The translations under genes were made by a program, and so were the position numbers. A stretch of 60,061 nucleotides of DNA from an uncultured Candidatus Nemicrothrix sp. (GTDB lineage Bacteria; Actinomycetota; Acidimicrobiia; Acidimicrobiales; Aldehydirespiratoraceae): the NCBI GenBank assembly GCA_964513285.1, contig CAZEML010000001.1:6702-66762 (forward strand). Direction: 5' to 3'. Shown one piece after another: positions 45,081-55,452 of the stretch (positions are counted from its first letter, which is position 1; the number at the start of each line of letters is the position of its first letter). The notes under the pieces were generated by a model that was not told the DNA's origin, ran no database searches, and saw nothing but the letters and a program-made list of their open reading frames with translations.

Positions 45081-46814
45081 TCAGGCTCCCTTCGCTGCGG
45101 TCGGCGCGGGCTGGGCGCCGCGGACGAGACCGCCGGGCAGCTCGCCGGTGGCGACCCCTTCGGCGTAGGTCTCGGTGCCGGCGACGAAGGTGTGGGCGTA
45201 GCCGTCGGCCCGCTGGACCACTCGGCGACCGCCGGCCGGCAGGTCGTACAGCAGCTCGGGCTGATGCACTCGGAGCCGGTCGAAGTCGATGATGTTGATG
45301 TCGGCCCGGTAGCCGGGGGCGAGCACACCGCGATCCTCGAGGCCGACGAGGCGCGCGGTGTCGCGGCACTGGCGTTGGATCAGGAACTCGACGTCGATGC
45401 GCTCGCCGTCGCGGTCACGACCCCAGTGCTGCAGCAGCGTGGTCGGGAACGAGCCGTCACAGATCGTGCCGACATGGGCGCCACCGTCGGACAAGGCCGG
45501 GACCGTGTACGGATGGGTGAGCAGCTCACGGGTGCCGTCGAGGTTGCCCTGCCCGTAGTTGGAGAACGGCACCCACAGCATCGCGGTGCCGTCGTTCTCG
45601 AGCATCGCGTCGAGCGCGACCTCGGCCGGCGCTCGTCCCTCGCGGGCGGCGATCGCGGCCATCGTGTTGGCCATGTCGGGCTCGTAGTTCGGGCTCTCGC
45701 CGAGGGCGAACATGATGTCGAACTTCTCGATGAGTCGGCCGCCGACCGCCTGCATGTCCTTGCCGCCGGCCGCCTCGAGCAGACGGGCCCGGAACGCGGG
45801 ATCCCGCAGGGCGGCGGTGCGGTCGTCCTTGGGCAGGTCGGCGATCTCGCGGAACACCGGGTTGACCAGGAAGGGGTTGAGCGTGCACTCGAACCCGAGC
45901 AGCACCCCGATCGGCCGCACCGCGGTCTGGCCGGTGACGGTGAGGCCGTCGGAGCGAGCGGACTCGATGTGGCCGAGGATCGCGCGGTGGTAGTCGTAGC
46001 CACGAGGCGACTCGACGAGGGTGAAGCTGATCGGGCGGCCCGACGACTCCGTCATCGCCCGCACGATCGCGAACTCACCATCGATGTCGGTGAAGTCGCT
46101 GACCAGCTGCAACACGCCCTTGCCGGTCGTGCCGATCGCTTCGGCGATCCCCACCAGCTCCTCGCGAGCGGCGGTGAGGGTCGGGGTCGGTTCGCCGAGC
46201 GAGGTCTTGTGGTTCTGGGTCCGACTGGTCGTGAACCCGAGAAAGCCGGCATCGACCCCTTCGGCCGCGAGCCGGCCCATCTCGGCGATGTCGCTCGGGG
46301 TCGCGTCCTCGCCCTTGGCGCCCCGCTCCCCCATCACGTGCAACCGCAGCGCCGCGTGGGGCACCTGGGCGGCGATGTCCATGTCCTTGGGTCCGCCGAG
46401 TGCGTCGAGGTACTCGGGCAGCGAGTTCCAGTTCCAGGCGAGCCCTTCGTGGAGTGCGGTGCCGGGGATGTCCTCCACCCCCTCCATCAACTGCACGAGC
46501 CGGTCGTGGTCGGTGTCGTGCACCGGGGCGAACCCGACGCCGCAGTTGCCGAACACGACCGTGGTGACCCCATGCCACGACGACGGCTGCATCGTCGCCT
46601 CCCACGTGGCCTGGCCGTCGTAGTGGGTGTGCACGTCGACGAACCCGGGCGCGACCACGGCGCCATCGGCGTCGACCTCACGGTGGGCGGACCCCTCGAC
46701 CCGCCCGACCTCGGTGATGACACCGTCACGGACGGCCACATCGGCGGTGCGACGGGCCGAGCCGGTGCCGTCGATCACCGTTCCGCCGCGGATGATCAGA
46801 TCATGTTCAGCCAT
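45081..46814 (-). CDS. N-acyl-D-amino-acid deacylase (D-aminoacylase) family amidohydrolase
   Basis: DLIIRGGTVIDGTG...VAVRDGVITEVG...APGFVDVHTHYDGQ, plus length ~577 aa. Confidence 0.8.
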   Translation of the reverse strand: MAEHDLIIRGGTVIDGTGSARRTADVAVRDGVITEVGRVEGSAHREVDADGAVVAPGFVDVHTHYDGQATWEATMQPSSWHGVTTVVFGNCGVGFAPVHDTDHDRLVQLMEGVEDIPGTALHEGLAWNWNSLPEYLDALGGPKDMDIAAQVPHAALRLHVMGERGAKGEDATPSDIAEMGRLAAEGVDAGFLGFTTSRTQNHKTSLGEPTPTLTAAREELVGIAEAIGTTGKGVLQLVSDFTDIDGEFAIVRAMTESSGRPISFTLVESPRGYDYHRAILGHIESARSDGLTVTGQTAVRPIGVLLGFECTLNPFLVNPVFREIADLPKDDRTAALRDPAFRARLLEAAGGKDMQAVGGRLIEKFDIMFALGESPNYEPDMANTMAAIAAREGRAPAEVALDAMLENDGTAMLWVPFSNYGQGNLDGTRELLTHPYTVPALSDGGAHVGTICDGSFPTTLLQHWGRDRDGERIDVEFLIQRQCRDTARLVGLEDRGVLAPGYRADINIIDFDRLRVHQPELLYDLPAGGRRVVQRADGYAHTFVAGTETYAEGVATGELPGGLVRGAQPAPTAAKGA

Positions 46815-46870
46815 GCCTCCATTGTCGCGAAGGGTGTGTCTGGAGTCACTTTCGTGGCACGCTGGGTGGG

Positions 46871-47641
46871 ATGTCTCGGCCCTCCGTCTTCCGCCTCGCC
46901 TCTGAGATGACCGCCGTTGGCGAATACGGCTCGTTCCAGGTGAGTGCGCCGCTCCTGCGTCGCTGCCTCCCCCACGGCAACCGGCCGGTTTTCGTCTTGC
47001 CCGGGTTCTTGGCCGGCGATGGCAGCACGGCCCCCTTGCGCAAGAACCTCGAGGAGCTCGGCCACACCGTCTACGGCTGGGAACTCGGCCGGAACCTCGG
47101 TCCGACGCCGGAGATCCTCGACGGCATGGTCGAGCGGCTCGACGAGCTCAACCAGAAGCACGGCCGCATCGATGTCGTCGGCTGGAGCCTCGGCGGCATC
47201 TTCGCCCGCGAGCTCGCTCGGCTGGCGCCCCACACGATCCGCCAGGTGATCACCCTGGGCAGCCCGTTCCAGATCGAGACGCCGACCGATTCCAACGCGT
47301 CGCCGATCTACCGCAGCCTCAGCCATCTGCACGCACCCCACCTCGAGATGCGGGTGCCCGCCTATGTGCGCGAGGAGCTGCCCGTGCCGGCGACCTCGAT
47401 CTACACCCGGGCCGATGGCGTCGTGCGCTGGCACCACTGCCTCAACCACGACACCCCGTTCACCGAGAACGTCGAGGTCTACGGCAGCCACTGTGGTCTC
47501 GGGTTCAACCTGGCGGCGCTGCTCGTGGTCGCCGATCGGCTCGCTCAGCCCGAGGGTGAGTGGACCCCGTTCCGCGTGCGCCGCAAGCTGCGGGCCTTCT
47601 TCCCGAACGCGCCGGTCTTCCGAGTTCCGACCGACGCCTGA
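46871..47641 (+). CDS. Alpha/beta-hydrolase (lipase/esterase-like)
   Basis: Nucleophile elbow VVGWSLGG, and VFVLPGF near the N-terminus. Confidence 0.6.
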   Translation: MSRPSVFRLASEMTAVGEYGSFQVSAPLLRRCLPHGNRPVFVLPGFLAGDGSTAPLRKNLEELGHTVYGWELGRNLGPTPEILDGMVERLDELNQKHGRIDVVGWSLGGIFARELARLAPHTIRQVITLGSPFQIETPTDSNASPIYRSLSHLHAPHLEMRVPAYVREELPVPATSIYTRADGVVRWHHCLNHDTPFTENVEVYGSHCGLGFNLAALLVVADRLAQPEGEWTPFRVRRKLRAFFPNAPVFRVPTDA

Positions 47642-47665
47642 TCACCCCGCAGGCCGACGTCCGGG

Positions 47666-49639
47666 TCACTCGTCGAGGTAGACGGTGGTGGCCAACCACG
47701 ACGCGACATCGAGCGCCGGCGCGGTGATCATCGGCTGGAACGGCGAATCGCCGGTGAAGTTGCGGCCGTACAAGAACCCGAAGTCGTCGAAGGCGGCGGC
47801 GTCATCGCCTGAGGGCGGCTGAATCACGCCATCGACGAGCCACCGGCTCGGCTCGACCTCGACGGCGAGCTCAGGATGCGCGGTGAGCGCGGCGTTGGCG
47901 AAGATCACCTCGGCATCGGTCGGCAGCGGGGGGCCGACATGGGTGGGCGTCGCGACGAAGAGATCGTGGAGCACCGACCGACTCGTGGGATACCGGCTGA
48001 CGTCGTCGGGGAGCAGGCGGTCGCCGGCCTCGCTGATCACCTGACCGACGACGAAGCCGAGTCCGACCGTCGACCAGGTCGGCGGACCGCCGAGGAATGG
48101 GAGGAGCTGCTTGGCCCCGAAGCCGGCGCCCGTGCGGAAGGCGCTCCGCAACAGGCTGCGATCCGTCGAGTCCGGCTGGAGTTCGCTCAGCGCGTGGTGG
48201 AGGTGCCCGAACCCGCGGTGGGCGCCGACGCCCGCCTCCGCGATCGCCTCCGGCGACCCGTCCACGAAGGCACCTGCGTAGAGCACTTCCAGATAGGCCC
48301 CGAACCCGGCCATGACCTCGAGCCGGGCGGTCTCGTCGGTGAAGATCTCCACGAGGACGGCGCCGCCGACGTCGTCGGTCGGCCGGATGCCGTTGTCGAG
48401 GGAGGCGACGTTGTGCCACTGCAGGTTCCACACGTCCGCGAGCACCTGGCGGAGTTCGGCGCTCCGAGGCAGGCCGAGCTCGGCAATGTCGTGGAAGAGG
48501 CCCGGGACGTGCACCTCGTATCCCTGAGCATCGATGGTCGAGCCACCGCCGAGGAAGTCATAGATCTGCTCGCTGCGGTGCGGATCGATCAGCGCCGCCT
48601 CGAACAGCGCCGCCAACCCGTCACCGAGCCGGGAGCCGCCGCTCATCCGGCTGATGCCGTAGGCCCGCTCGAGATCGGTGCCGCCGAAGGGCCCGTAGTC
48701 GTCGAACTCCATGAGTCGACGGAACGCCCCCTCCTCGAGGACCAGTCGCCGCGCCAGGTCCGGCTGACGGCCGATCGCCTCCAGCAGGACCGTGTGCGGA
48801 TCGATCAGCCGCGGGAAGAGGAACTCCGACTCGACGATCTCCATCGCGCCGGCGAGCCGCCCGTACCCACCCCAGAAGTCCGACGGGGTCGTGAAGATCC
48901 GTTCGTAGAGGTCGTACAGGAAGGCGTCGTCCCAGTCGCCGTGCAGCAAGGCGACGGGCAGGAAGTTCGTGTCGGTGTCGGGCTGCTCGAGGTGGAACAC
49001 GGCCTCGAGCACCTCGCGCCCCTCGTCGTGGTGGCTGAAGCTGGCGAGCAGCGCGCCGTAGAGCTGGAAGGTCTCGTCGAATGCAGCGGCTTCCGCCTCG
49101 GCGCTCTCGACCCAGCCCTCCTCTCGCGAGTAGCCGTGGAGATCCCACGACAGGGTGACCTCGATCATCTGATCGTGGAGGCGGTCGCGGAGCGCCTCGA
49201 TCCCGTCGGCTCCGAGTTCGCGAGCGATCGCTCGAGAGGCATCGCGGTCGGTGATCGCCCGGATGGTCAGCTCGGCCATCGCCGCGTCGTGCTCGTCGCC
49301 GTGCAACATCGCGACGAGGTCGGCCACACGCTGTCGTCGGAGATGGTCGGTGCGACGCGGGATCGCGGTGAGCACCCCGTCGGCGGCGAGGGTCTCCACA
49401 TAGTCGATCCGCCAGGCGAGGTCGTCGTGGTCGGCACTGAGCTGATCGGCGAGCGCCTGGAGGTAGCCCACCGCGCGAGCCCCCGAATCGCCGTCGGCCA
49501 GGTAGGGCAGGAACGGCCGAGCGCTGTCGAGCGCTCGCCCGAATCCCTCGATGTCGGTGACGACCGCGTCGATCGCCCGCTGGTAGAGCCGCTCGAGAAT
49601 CTGGGCCGGGTAGACGTGGAGGACGATGGTGTCGCTCAT
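47666..49639 (-). CDS. Hypothetical 657-aa cytoplasmic-looking protein, no domain recognised
   Basis: Start MSDTIVLHVYPAQ at 49639 overlaps the stop of the upstream small gene (TGATG). Coding-like composition (acidic, Leu/Ala-rich, no Arg/Pro bias) continues to the stop at 47666. The upstream 162 codons of track ORF 47666-50125 are Arg/Pro/Gly-rich and lie out of frame over the small gene. Confidence 0.6.
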   Translation of the reverse strand: MSDTIVLHVYPAQILERLYQRAIDAVVTDIEGFGRALDSARPFLPYLADGDSGARAVGYLQALADQLSADHDDLAWRIDYVETLAADGVLTAIPRRTDHLRRQRVADLVAMLHGDEHDAAMAELTIRAITDRDASRAIARELGADGIEALRDRLHDQMIEVTLSWDLHGYSREEGWVESAEAEAAAFDETFQLYGALLASFSHHDEGREVLEAVFHLEQPDTDTNFLPVALLHGDWDDAFLYDLYERIFTTPSDFWGGYGRLAGAMEIVESEFLFPRLIDPHTVLLEAIGRQPDLARRLVLEEGAFRRLMEFDDYGPFGGTDLERAYGISRMSGGSRLGDGLAALFEAALIDPHRSEQIYDFLGGGSTIDAQGYEVHVPGLFHDIAELGLPRSAELRQVLADVWNLQWHNVASLDNGIRPTDDVGGAVLVEIFTDETARLEVMAGFGAYLEVLYAGAFVDGSPEAIAEAGVGAHRGFGHLHHALSELQPDSTDRSLLRSAFRTGAGFGAKQLLPFLGGPPTWSTVGLGFVVGQVISEAGDRLLPDDVSRYPTSRSVLHDLFVATPTHVGPPLPTDAEVIFANAALTAHPELAVEVEPSRWLVDGVIQPPSGDDAAAFDDFGFLYGRNFTGDSPFQPMITAPALDVASWLATTVYLDE

Positions 49640-50076
49640 CAGCGCACGCCGTGGGGCACCGGGGCACGCGAGGACTGCACGGGGTCGAACACCACCGGAG
49701 GCGGTGTCACTCCCGCCAGCGCAGCGGCCGACGCCGCTTCGGCCGCGAGGGCATCGAGATGGTTCGCCTCGCGGCGATAGTCCGACGCCGTGAGCTCGAG
49801 CACCTCGGCTCGGCGGCGGACCTGACCGACGACCTCGGTGATCGCCAGCCGAGCCCGGGCCAAGTTGCGAGCACCGGAGAATCGGAGGCGCATGCGGCTG
49901 GCGGTCGCGGCCCGGGAATCCCACACCTCGGTGGTGTGGCGGTTCAGGACGGGTGTCAGCCGATGTTCGAGTGCCTGGTTGTGCCGCTCGAGGGTGACCG
50001 CGACCTCGCGGGCCGCGACGGCGTCGCGCTCGGCCCGATCGGCGGCGACGCGAAGAGCGGCAGCATCGGTTGGCAT
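49639..50076 (-). CDS. Hypothetical 145-aa all-helical protein (helix-turn-helix hairpin with W-x-S turn, WXG100-like only by topology)
   Basis: ATG at 50076 with GAGGAG 7 nt upstream. MPTDAAALRVAADRAERDAVAAREVAVTLERHNQALE...TTEVWDSRAATASRMRL...LELTASDYRREANHLDALAAEA, then a Pro-rich tail. Translationally coupled to the 657-aa gene. Confidence 0.55.
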   Translation of the reverse strand: MPTDAAALRVAADRAERDAVAAREVAVTLERHNQALEHRLTPVLNRHTTEVWDSRAATASRMRLRFSGARNLARARLAITEVVGQVRRRAEVLELTASDYRREANHLDALAAEAASAAALAGVTPPPVVFDPVQSSRAPVPHGVR

Positions 50077-50130
50077 CGACTGACTCCTCTGACCGGCCCC
50101 GAGACACGACACGGGGCGACAACAAGTCAG

Positions 50131-50159
50131 AAGGTATGGAAAAGCACGAAAGTTGTCAA
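50131..50159 (-). promoter_or_regulatory. Sigma-70-type promoter for the 145-aa / 657-aa gene pair
   Basis: Minus strand reads TTGACA (50159-50154), a 17-nt spacer, then TACCTT (50136-50131, fits the actinobacterial TANNNT). Lies in a local AT-rich patch about 55 nt upstream of the ATG. Confidence 0.55.
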
Positions 50160-50181
50160 GAGGCCTTGAAGACTGCGTCGG

Positions 50182-52098
50182 TCACGCGAGTTCGGGGCGA
50201 TCGCGGAAGTGCTCGAGCGCCTCGGGGTTCGCGAGCGCCTCGACGTTCGCGATCGGTCGACCGACGATCACGTCGCGGACGGCGAGCTCGGTGATCTTCC
50301 CCGAGCGGGTGCGAGGGATGTCCGCCACCGACGCGATCACCGCGGGGACGTGGCGGGGGGTGACCTCCTCGCGGATCTTGGTGCGAATGCGGGTCCGGAG
50401 CTCGTCGTCGAGGTCGTGGCCTGGCGCCATCTTCACGAACAGGACGATCCGGGTGTCGCCGTCCCACGGCTGCCCGACCACGACGCTCTCCTCCACCTCC
50501 GCCATCGTGTCGACCCGCCGGTAGATCTCGGCCGTGCCGATCCGCACGCCACCGGGATTGAGGGTCGCGTCGGACCGACCCGAGATCACGAACCCGCCAT
50601 CGGCGGTGCGGGAGACGAAGTCGCCGTGGTGCCACAAGCCCGGGAACCGGTCGAAGTAGGCGGCGTCGTACCGCGTGTCGCCCGGATCGTCCCAGAAGCG
50701 CAGCGGCATCGACGGGAACGGCGTACGGCACACGAGCTCGCCTTCCACGCCGATCTCGACCGAACCACCATCGGGGCCCGCCACGTCGGTGTCGAGCCCC
50801 AGGGCGGGCACCTGGATCTCTCCGGCCCGCACGGGCAGCATCGGATTCCCGAGGACGAGGCAGCCGCAGAGGTCGGTGCCGCCCGAGATCGACGCCAGGT
50901 GGACATCGGTGGCCAACGCGTCGTACACGAACGCGAATCCCTCCGGGGACAGGGTCGAGCCGGTCGACGCGACCGAGCGCACCGTCGCCAGATCGTGGGT
51001 GTCGATCGGCCGGATCCCGGCGTTGGCGCAGGCATCGAGGAACTTCGCCGACGTCCCGAGGAACGTCACGCCGACCTCGTCGGCCAGATCGAACAGTCGG
51101 TTCGCGTCGGGGAAGGTCGGGGCGCCGTCGTAGAGCACGACCGTCGCGCCGGTGCCGAGGGCCGACGCCAGCCAGTTCCACATCATCCAGCCCGCGGTCG
51201 TGAAGTAGAAGACACGATCGCCGGGCGAGATGTCGCAGTGGAAGACCTGCTCGACCAAGTGCTTGAGCAGCACGCCACCGGTCCGGTGCACGATGCACTT
51301 CGGCTTGCCGGTGGTCCCCGAGGAGAAGAGCACGTACCACGGGTGATCGAACGGCAAGGCCTCGAAGGTCAGGTCGCCCGCCTCGACCTCGTCGAGCCAA
51401 CCGGGCTCGACGACCACGGAGCGTTCGAGGCTCGGGAGGGCGGCGACGATCTCGTCCAGCCGGCCGGCGCAGTCGTGCCGTTTGCCGTTGTAGGCGTAGT
51501 CGGGAACCGAGAACAGCACCGTGGGCTCGATCTGTCCGAATCGATCGATGACCCCGTCGGTCCCGAAGTCGGGTGAGGTGCTGGCGAACACCGCACCGAG
51601 GCCGGCGGCGGCGAGCATCACCGCGATCGTCTCGGGCCGATTTGGCAACCAGGCGACCACCCGATCGCCGACACCGACGCCCGAGTCGCGCAGGATCGTC
51701 TGGATCCGGGCCACCATGTCGTGGAGTTCGGCCCGGGTCACATCGACCGCCTCACCGTCCTCACCGCGGAAGAGGATCGCGGCCTCGTCGGACGGCTGGC
51801 CCAGCAACTGCTCGGCCACGTTCAGTGTCGCGTCGGGGAGGAACCGGTGCTCACGAAGCCGAGCGCCCGGCTCGGACAGCCGTTCGCCCCGATCGCCGAC
51901 GATCCCGAGTTCGTCCCAGGCCAGCGCCCAGAACGCGCCGGGATCCGCGATCGACCAATCGTGGAGCACGGCGTAGTCGGCGACCGGATCGCCGGAGTAC
52001 TGCAGGCCGTGATCCGCCGCGGTGCGCGCGAACAGGCGGTGCAGGTTGGCCCCGGCGACCCGTTCGGCGCTCGGCGACCACAAAGGAGCATTCGTCAT
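50182..52098 (-). CDS. Acetoacetyl-CoA synthetase (acetoacetate-CoA ligase)
   Basis: Start [19 protein letters not shown] at 52098. The N-terminus is typical of AACS. AMP-binding motif [14 protein letters not shown]. ~638 aa. Confidence 0.8.
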   Translation of the reverse strand: MTNAPLWSPSAERVAGANLHRLFARTAADHGLQYSGDPVADYAVLHDWSIADPGAFWALAWDELGIVGDRGERLSEPGARLREHRFLPDATLNVAEQLLGQPSDEAAILFRGEDGEAVDVTRAELHDMVARIQTILRDSGVGVGDRVVAWLPNRPETIAVMLAAAGLGAVFASTSPDFGTDGVIDRFGQIEPTVLFSVPDYAYNGKRHDCAGRLDEIVAALPSLERSVVVEPGWLDEVEAGDLTFEALPFDHPWYVLFSSGTTGKPKCIVHRTGGVLLKHLVEQVFHCDISPGDRVFYFTTAGWMMWNWLASALGTGATVVLYDGAPTFPDANRLFDLADEVGVTFLGTSAKFLDACANAGIRPIDTHDLATVRSVASTGSTLSPEGFAFVYDALATDVHLASISGGTDLCGCLVLGNPMLPVRAGEIQVPALGLDTDVAGPDGGSVEIGVEGELVCRTPFPSMPLRFWDDPGDTRYDAAYFDRFPGLWHHGDFVSRTADGGFVISGRSDATLNPGGVRIGTAEIYRRVDTMAEVEESVVVGQPWDGDTRIVLFVKMAPGHDLDDELRTRIRTKIREEVTPRHVPAVIASVADIPRTRSGKITELAVRDVIVGRPIANVEALANPEALEHFRDRPELA

Positions 52099-52121
52099 GG
52101 TGCTCACACTACGGTCTCTCC

Positions 52122-53156
52122 GTGGCCAGTCTCCCGAGACCACTGATTCGACGACCACTCACGATCACCGTCGCCACGCTGCTCGCGGTCGTTCTCGCCG
52201 CGGCGAGCGTCATCGCGGTGCCCGTGCTGTACCTCGCCGACCTGGTCACCGGCTCGCCCCAGGGACGCCGCACCCGCGCCTGGCTGCTGATCGCCGCCAC
52301 GCTCTGGACCGAGGTGATCGGTGTCGTCGGCGCCAGCGCCCTCGCCGTCTGGTACGTCAACGGCCGGCGCAACCCCGACGGCTGGCTGTCGACCAACTAC
52401 CGGCTCGAGCACTGGTGGTGCCGCCGTCACATGAAGAACCTCGGCCGGTTCGCCGGCGTGAGCGTCACCCTCGCCGACGGCACGGCACTCGAGGGCGGGC
52501 CCAGCATCATGGTGGCTCGCCACTCGAGCCACATCGACGCCATCGTCCCGCTGCTCGTCCTCGCCGACAACGACCGGTTCGCCCGGTACACCCTCAAAGA
52601 AGACCTCAAGTGGGCGCCCGCGATGGATCTCGTCGGCGACCGCACCCCCAACGTGTGGATCAACCGGAGCACGCCGGGATCCGAGATGTTCCAGCAGGTC
52701 GAACAACTCGCCGCCCACATGCCCGACGACGGCACGTGTGTGATCTTCCCCGAAGGCACGTTCCGCACCCAGGAGCGCCACGAGCGGGCGATCGAACGGC
52801 TGCGCAGCAGCCGCGAAGACCTCGCCGACAAGGCGAACGGGCTCCGCTACGTGCTCCCGCCTCGCCCCGCCGGCACGCTGGCGCTCATGCGCGGTGCCCC
52901 CGACGCGGACATCATCGTGCTCGCCAACGTGGGTGTCGAGGGTCGCAGTTCGGTGCGCGAGATCATCGCCACGATCACCGAACAACGACCGATCGAAGTC
53001 CTCGCGACCCGACACCCGCGCGAGACCGTGCCGACCGACGAAGACCTGATCAACTCGTGGCTCATCGAGCGATGGATCGAGATGGACGACTGGATCCACC
53101 ATCGCGTGCTCGAACGCGAGAGTGAAGCCGGCGACACCGGAGCGGGCACCGGGTGA
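52122..53156 (+). CDS. Membrane-anchored lysophospholipid acyltransferase (PlsC-like)
   Basis: GTG at 52122 (VASLPRPLIRRPLTITVATLLAVVLAA TM). Has ARHSSHIDAIV (HX4D) and VIFPEGTF. The earlier part of track ORF 51573-53156 is antisense to the AACS gene. Confidence 0.6.
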   Translation: MASLPRPLIRRPLTITVATLLAVVLAAASVIAVPVLYLADLVTGSPQGRRTRAWLLIAATLWTEVIGVVGASALAVWYVNGRRNPDGWLSTNYRLEHWWCRRHMKNLGRFAGVSVTLADGTALEGGPSIMVARHSSHIDAIVPLLVLADNDRFARYTLKEDLKWAPAMDLVGDRTPNVWINRSTPGSEMFQQVEQLAAHMPDDGTCVIFPEGTFRTQERHERAIERLRSSREDLADKANGLRYVLPPRPAGTLALMRGAPDADIIVLANVGVEGRSSVREIIATITEQRPIEVLATRHPRETVPTDEDLINSWLIERWIEMDDWIHHRVLERESEAGDTGAGTG

Positions 53157-53944
53157 GTTCTCACGTCGACGTGCTCGGCAGCGCGGCGACGGCCGTCGTG
53201 GTGCTGATGGTGGTCACCTGGCTGATCAGCCTCATCCGGCGCGACGCGAGCATCGCCGACATCGTCTGGGGCCTCGGGTTCGTGGTGATCGTGTGGGTCG
53301 CCTCCGGGGTCGGCGACGGTCTGAGCGATCGCCGAGGCCTGTTGGTCGCCATGGTCACGATCTGGGGTCTTCGGCTCGCGATCCACCTCACCTGGCGAAG
53401 CCGCGGCGAGCCCGAGGACTTCCGCTACCAGTCGATGCGACGACGCGCCGGCGACCGCTTCCCCCTCACGTCACTCTTCACCGTCTTCTTGCTCCAGGGC
53501 GCGCTGATGTTCGTCGTCAGCCTCCCGGTCCAACTCGCGATGACCCCCGCCGAACCCGCGATCGGTGTCGTCGCCGTGATCGGTGTCGTCGTCTGGGGGG
53601 TCGGCCTGTTCTTCGAGACGGTCGCCGACGCCCAGCTCGCTCGCTTCCGGCGCGACCCCGACAACCAGGGCGCGGTGCTCGATTGGGGTCTCTGGCGCTA
53701 CAGCCGCCACCCCAACTACTTCGGTGACATCTGTGTGTGGTGGGGGTTGTTCCTCGTCGCCGCGGAGACCACCGATGCCCGTTGGGCGATCGTCGGCCCG
53801 ATCCTCATGACCCTCCTGCTCGTGCAGGTCACCGGCGTCGCCATGCTCGAGCGCGGCCTGCACACCCGACGTGACGGCTACGCCGACTATGTCGAGCGAA
53901 CCTCGCCACTGCTTCCCCGTCCCCCGAAAGGCGCCTCCTCATGA
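53153..53944 (+). CDS. DUF1295 / steroid 5-alpha-reductase-like membrane protein
   Basis: Multi-TM protein with the WRYSRHPNYFGDICVWWG signature. Start overlaps the upstream stop. Confidence 0.65.
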   Translation: MSSHVDVLGSAATAVVVLMVVTWLISLIRRDASIADIVWGLGFVVIVWVASGVGDGLSDRRGLLVAMVTIWGLRLAIHLTWRSRGEPEDFRYQSMRRRAGDRFPLTSLFTVFLLQGALMFVVSLPVQLAMTPAEPAIGVVAVIGVVVWGVGLFFETVADAQLARFRRDPDNQGAVLDWGLWRYSRHPNYFGDICVWWGLFLVAAETTDARWAIVGPILMTLLLVQVTGVAMLERGLHTRRDGYADYVERTSPLLPRPPKGASS

Positions 53945-54717
53945 CCACCCCCGCTGCGGATCCCGCCGATCTCGCCTTCGCGATCGAGCTCGCTGTCGAA
54001 GCAGGTGCGTCGACGCTCGAGTGGTTCCAGAACGCTGCGCTCGCCGTCGAACACAAGAGCGACGGTTCTGAGGTCACCGCCGCCGACTTGGCGGCCGAGA
54101 CCCTGGTGCGAGCCCGGCTCGCCGAACGCTTCCCCGCGGACGGCGTGGTCGGCGAGGAACACGACGACACCGAGGGCACGAGTGGACGGCGATGGGTCGT
54201 CGACCCGATCGACGGCACCAAGGCGTTCACCAAGGGGGTGCCGCTCTACTCGACGCTGATCGCGCTCATCGACGAGCACGGCCCCGCCGTCGGCGTCATC
54301 CACCTCCCCGGACTCGACGAGACCGTCGCCGCCGGCCGCGGCCTCGGTGCGACCTTCAACGGCGTGCCCTGCCGCGTGTCGGACCACGCCACCCTCGACG
54401 GGGCCTACGCGACCACGAGTGCCATGGGGTACTGGCCGCCTGCGGACCTCCAGCGCCTGCTCGACAGCGGTGTCGAGTTCCGGACGTGGGGCGATGCGTA
54501 CGGCTACGCGCTCGTCGCGTCAGGGCGAGCCGAAGCGATGATCGACCCGCTCGCCAACCCGTGGGACGTGGCGCCCATGGCGGTGATCATCCCCGAGGCC
54601 GGCGGCCGGTTCTCGAACTACGACGGCGTCGAACAAGCCGACTCCTGGGAGCGCCACAGCGGCGTCGCGACGAACGGTCTCGTCCACGACGACCTGCTCG
54701 CGCTGTTCGACACCTGA
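53941..54717 (+). CDS. Inositol monophosphatase family protein (possibly histidinol-phosphatase HisN type)
   Basis: VTAADLAAE...GEE...WVVDPIDGTKAF ... WDVAP motifs. ATGA overlap with the upstream gene. Confidence 0.8.
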   Translation: MTTPAADPADLAFAIELAVEAGASTLEWFQNAALAVEHKSDGSEVTAADLAAETLVRARLAERFPADGVVGEEHDDTEGTSGRRWVVDPIDGTKAFTKGVPLYSTLIALIDEHGPAVGVIHLPGLDETVAAGRGLGATFNGVPCRVSDHATLDGAYATTSAMGYWPPADLQRLLDSGVEFRTWGDAYGYALVASGRAEAMIDPLANPWDVAPMAVIIPEAGGRFSNYDGVEQADSWERHSGVATNGLVHDDLLALFDT

Positions 54718-54723
54718 CCGAGA

Positions 54724-55383
54724 TCAGTTGTCCATGAAGAACTGCTCGGCCTCGTCGTAGTTGCGATCGGGGTCGAACGGCGGCGCACCGACCGCACCCT
54801 CACAGGACGCGCCCGCCTCGGGAGCCGTCTCCGACACGCGTCCGAGGTAGGTGTCCATGAATTCGGCGAAGACGGTCTCGCCGATGCGCTCCAGCGCCAG
54901 CTGCCGATCCCAGGCACTGACGACGATCGGGTTCTGCAGGCCCGGATACGGCGAGGCGATGAAGTGGCCGTCGAGGCCGACGACCGCCGCGATCTCATCG
55001 ACCAGCACGGGGTCGAGATCGGGGTCGTAGGCGATCCAGATGGCACCGTGCTCGAGCGAGTGCACTGCCGTCTCGTCGCGGATCGGCTCGGTGTAGAACC
55101 CACAGTTCTGCCAGGTCGGGAAGTGCGACCCGCTGGTCGGGGGGCTGGTGGCGTACTCGACCGGGCACAGCACGTGGGTGGCGCCCTGGTTGTCGAGCTC
55201 GGTGATCACGTTCAGCTCGAGTTCGGTCGGCGCCGGACGGGTCACGTCGGGGCAGTCGCCGTCGCTTCCGGCGAGCTCCTCATCGGCAGGGGTCAATCCA
55301 CACGCGGACGCGAGGAGCGCGAACACCGCGACGAGTATGACAACGGGGGAAAACAGGGAGTGGCGGCCCATATGGACCGCCAC
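54724..55383 (-). CDS. DUF3105 lipoprotein
   Basis: Signal and lipobox LLASACG. PPTSGSHFPTWQNCGFY...VHSLEHGAIWIAYDP matches DUF3105 as I recall it. The start could instead be the Met 4 codons downstream. Confidence 0.6.
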   Translation of the reverse strand: MAVHMGRHSLFSPVVILVAVFALLASACGLTPADEELAGSDGDCPDVTRPAPTELELNVITELDNQGATHVLCPVEYATSPPTSGSHFPTWQNCGFYTEPIRDETAVHSLEHGAIWIAYDPDLDPVLVDEIAAVVGLDGHFIASPYPGLQNPIVVSAWDRQLALERIGETVFAEFMDTYLGRVSETAPEAGASCEGAVGAPPFDPDRNYDEAEQFFMDN

Positions 55384-55452
55384 TCTACCCTCGGGGGGTG
55401 GGGAGAAATCCCTGCCCGCCCGGCACAGCTGCGCCGGACGGGCCGTATCTGG

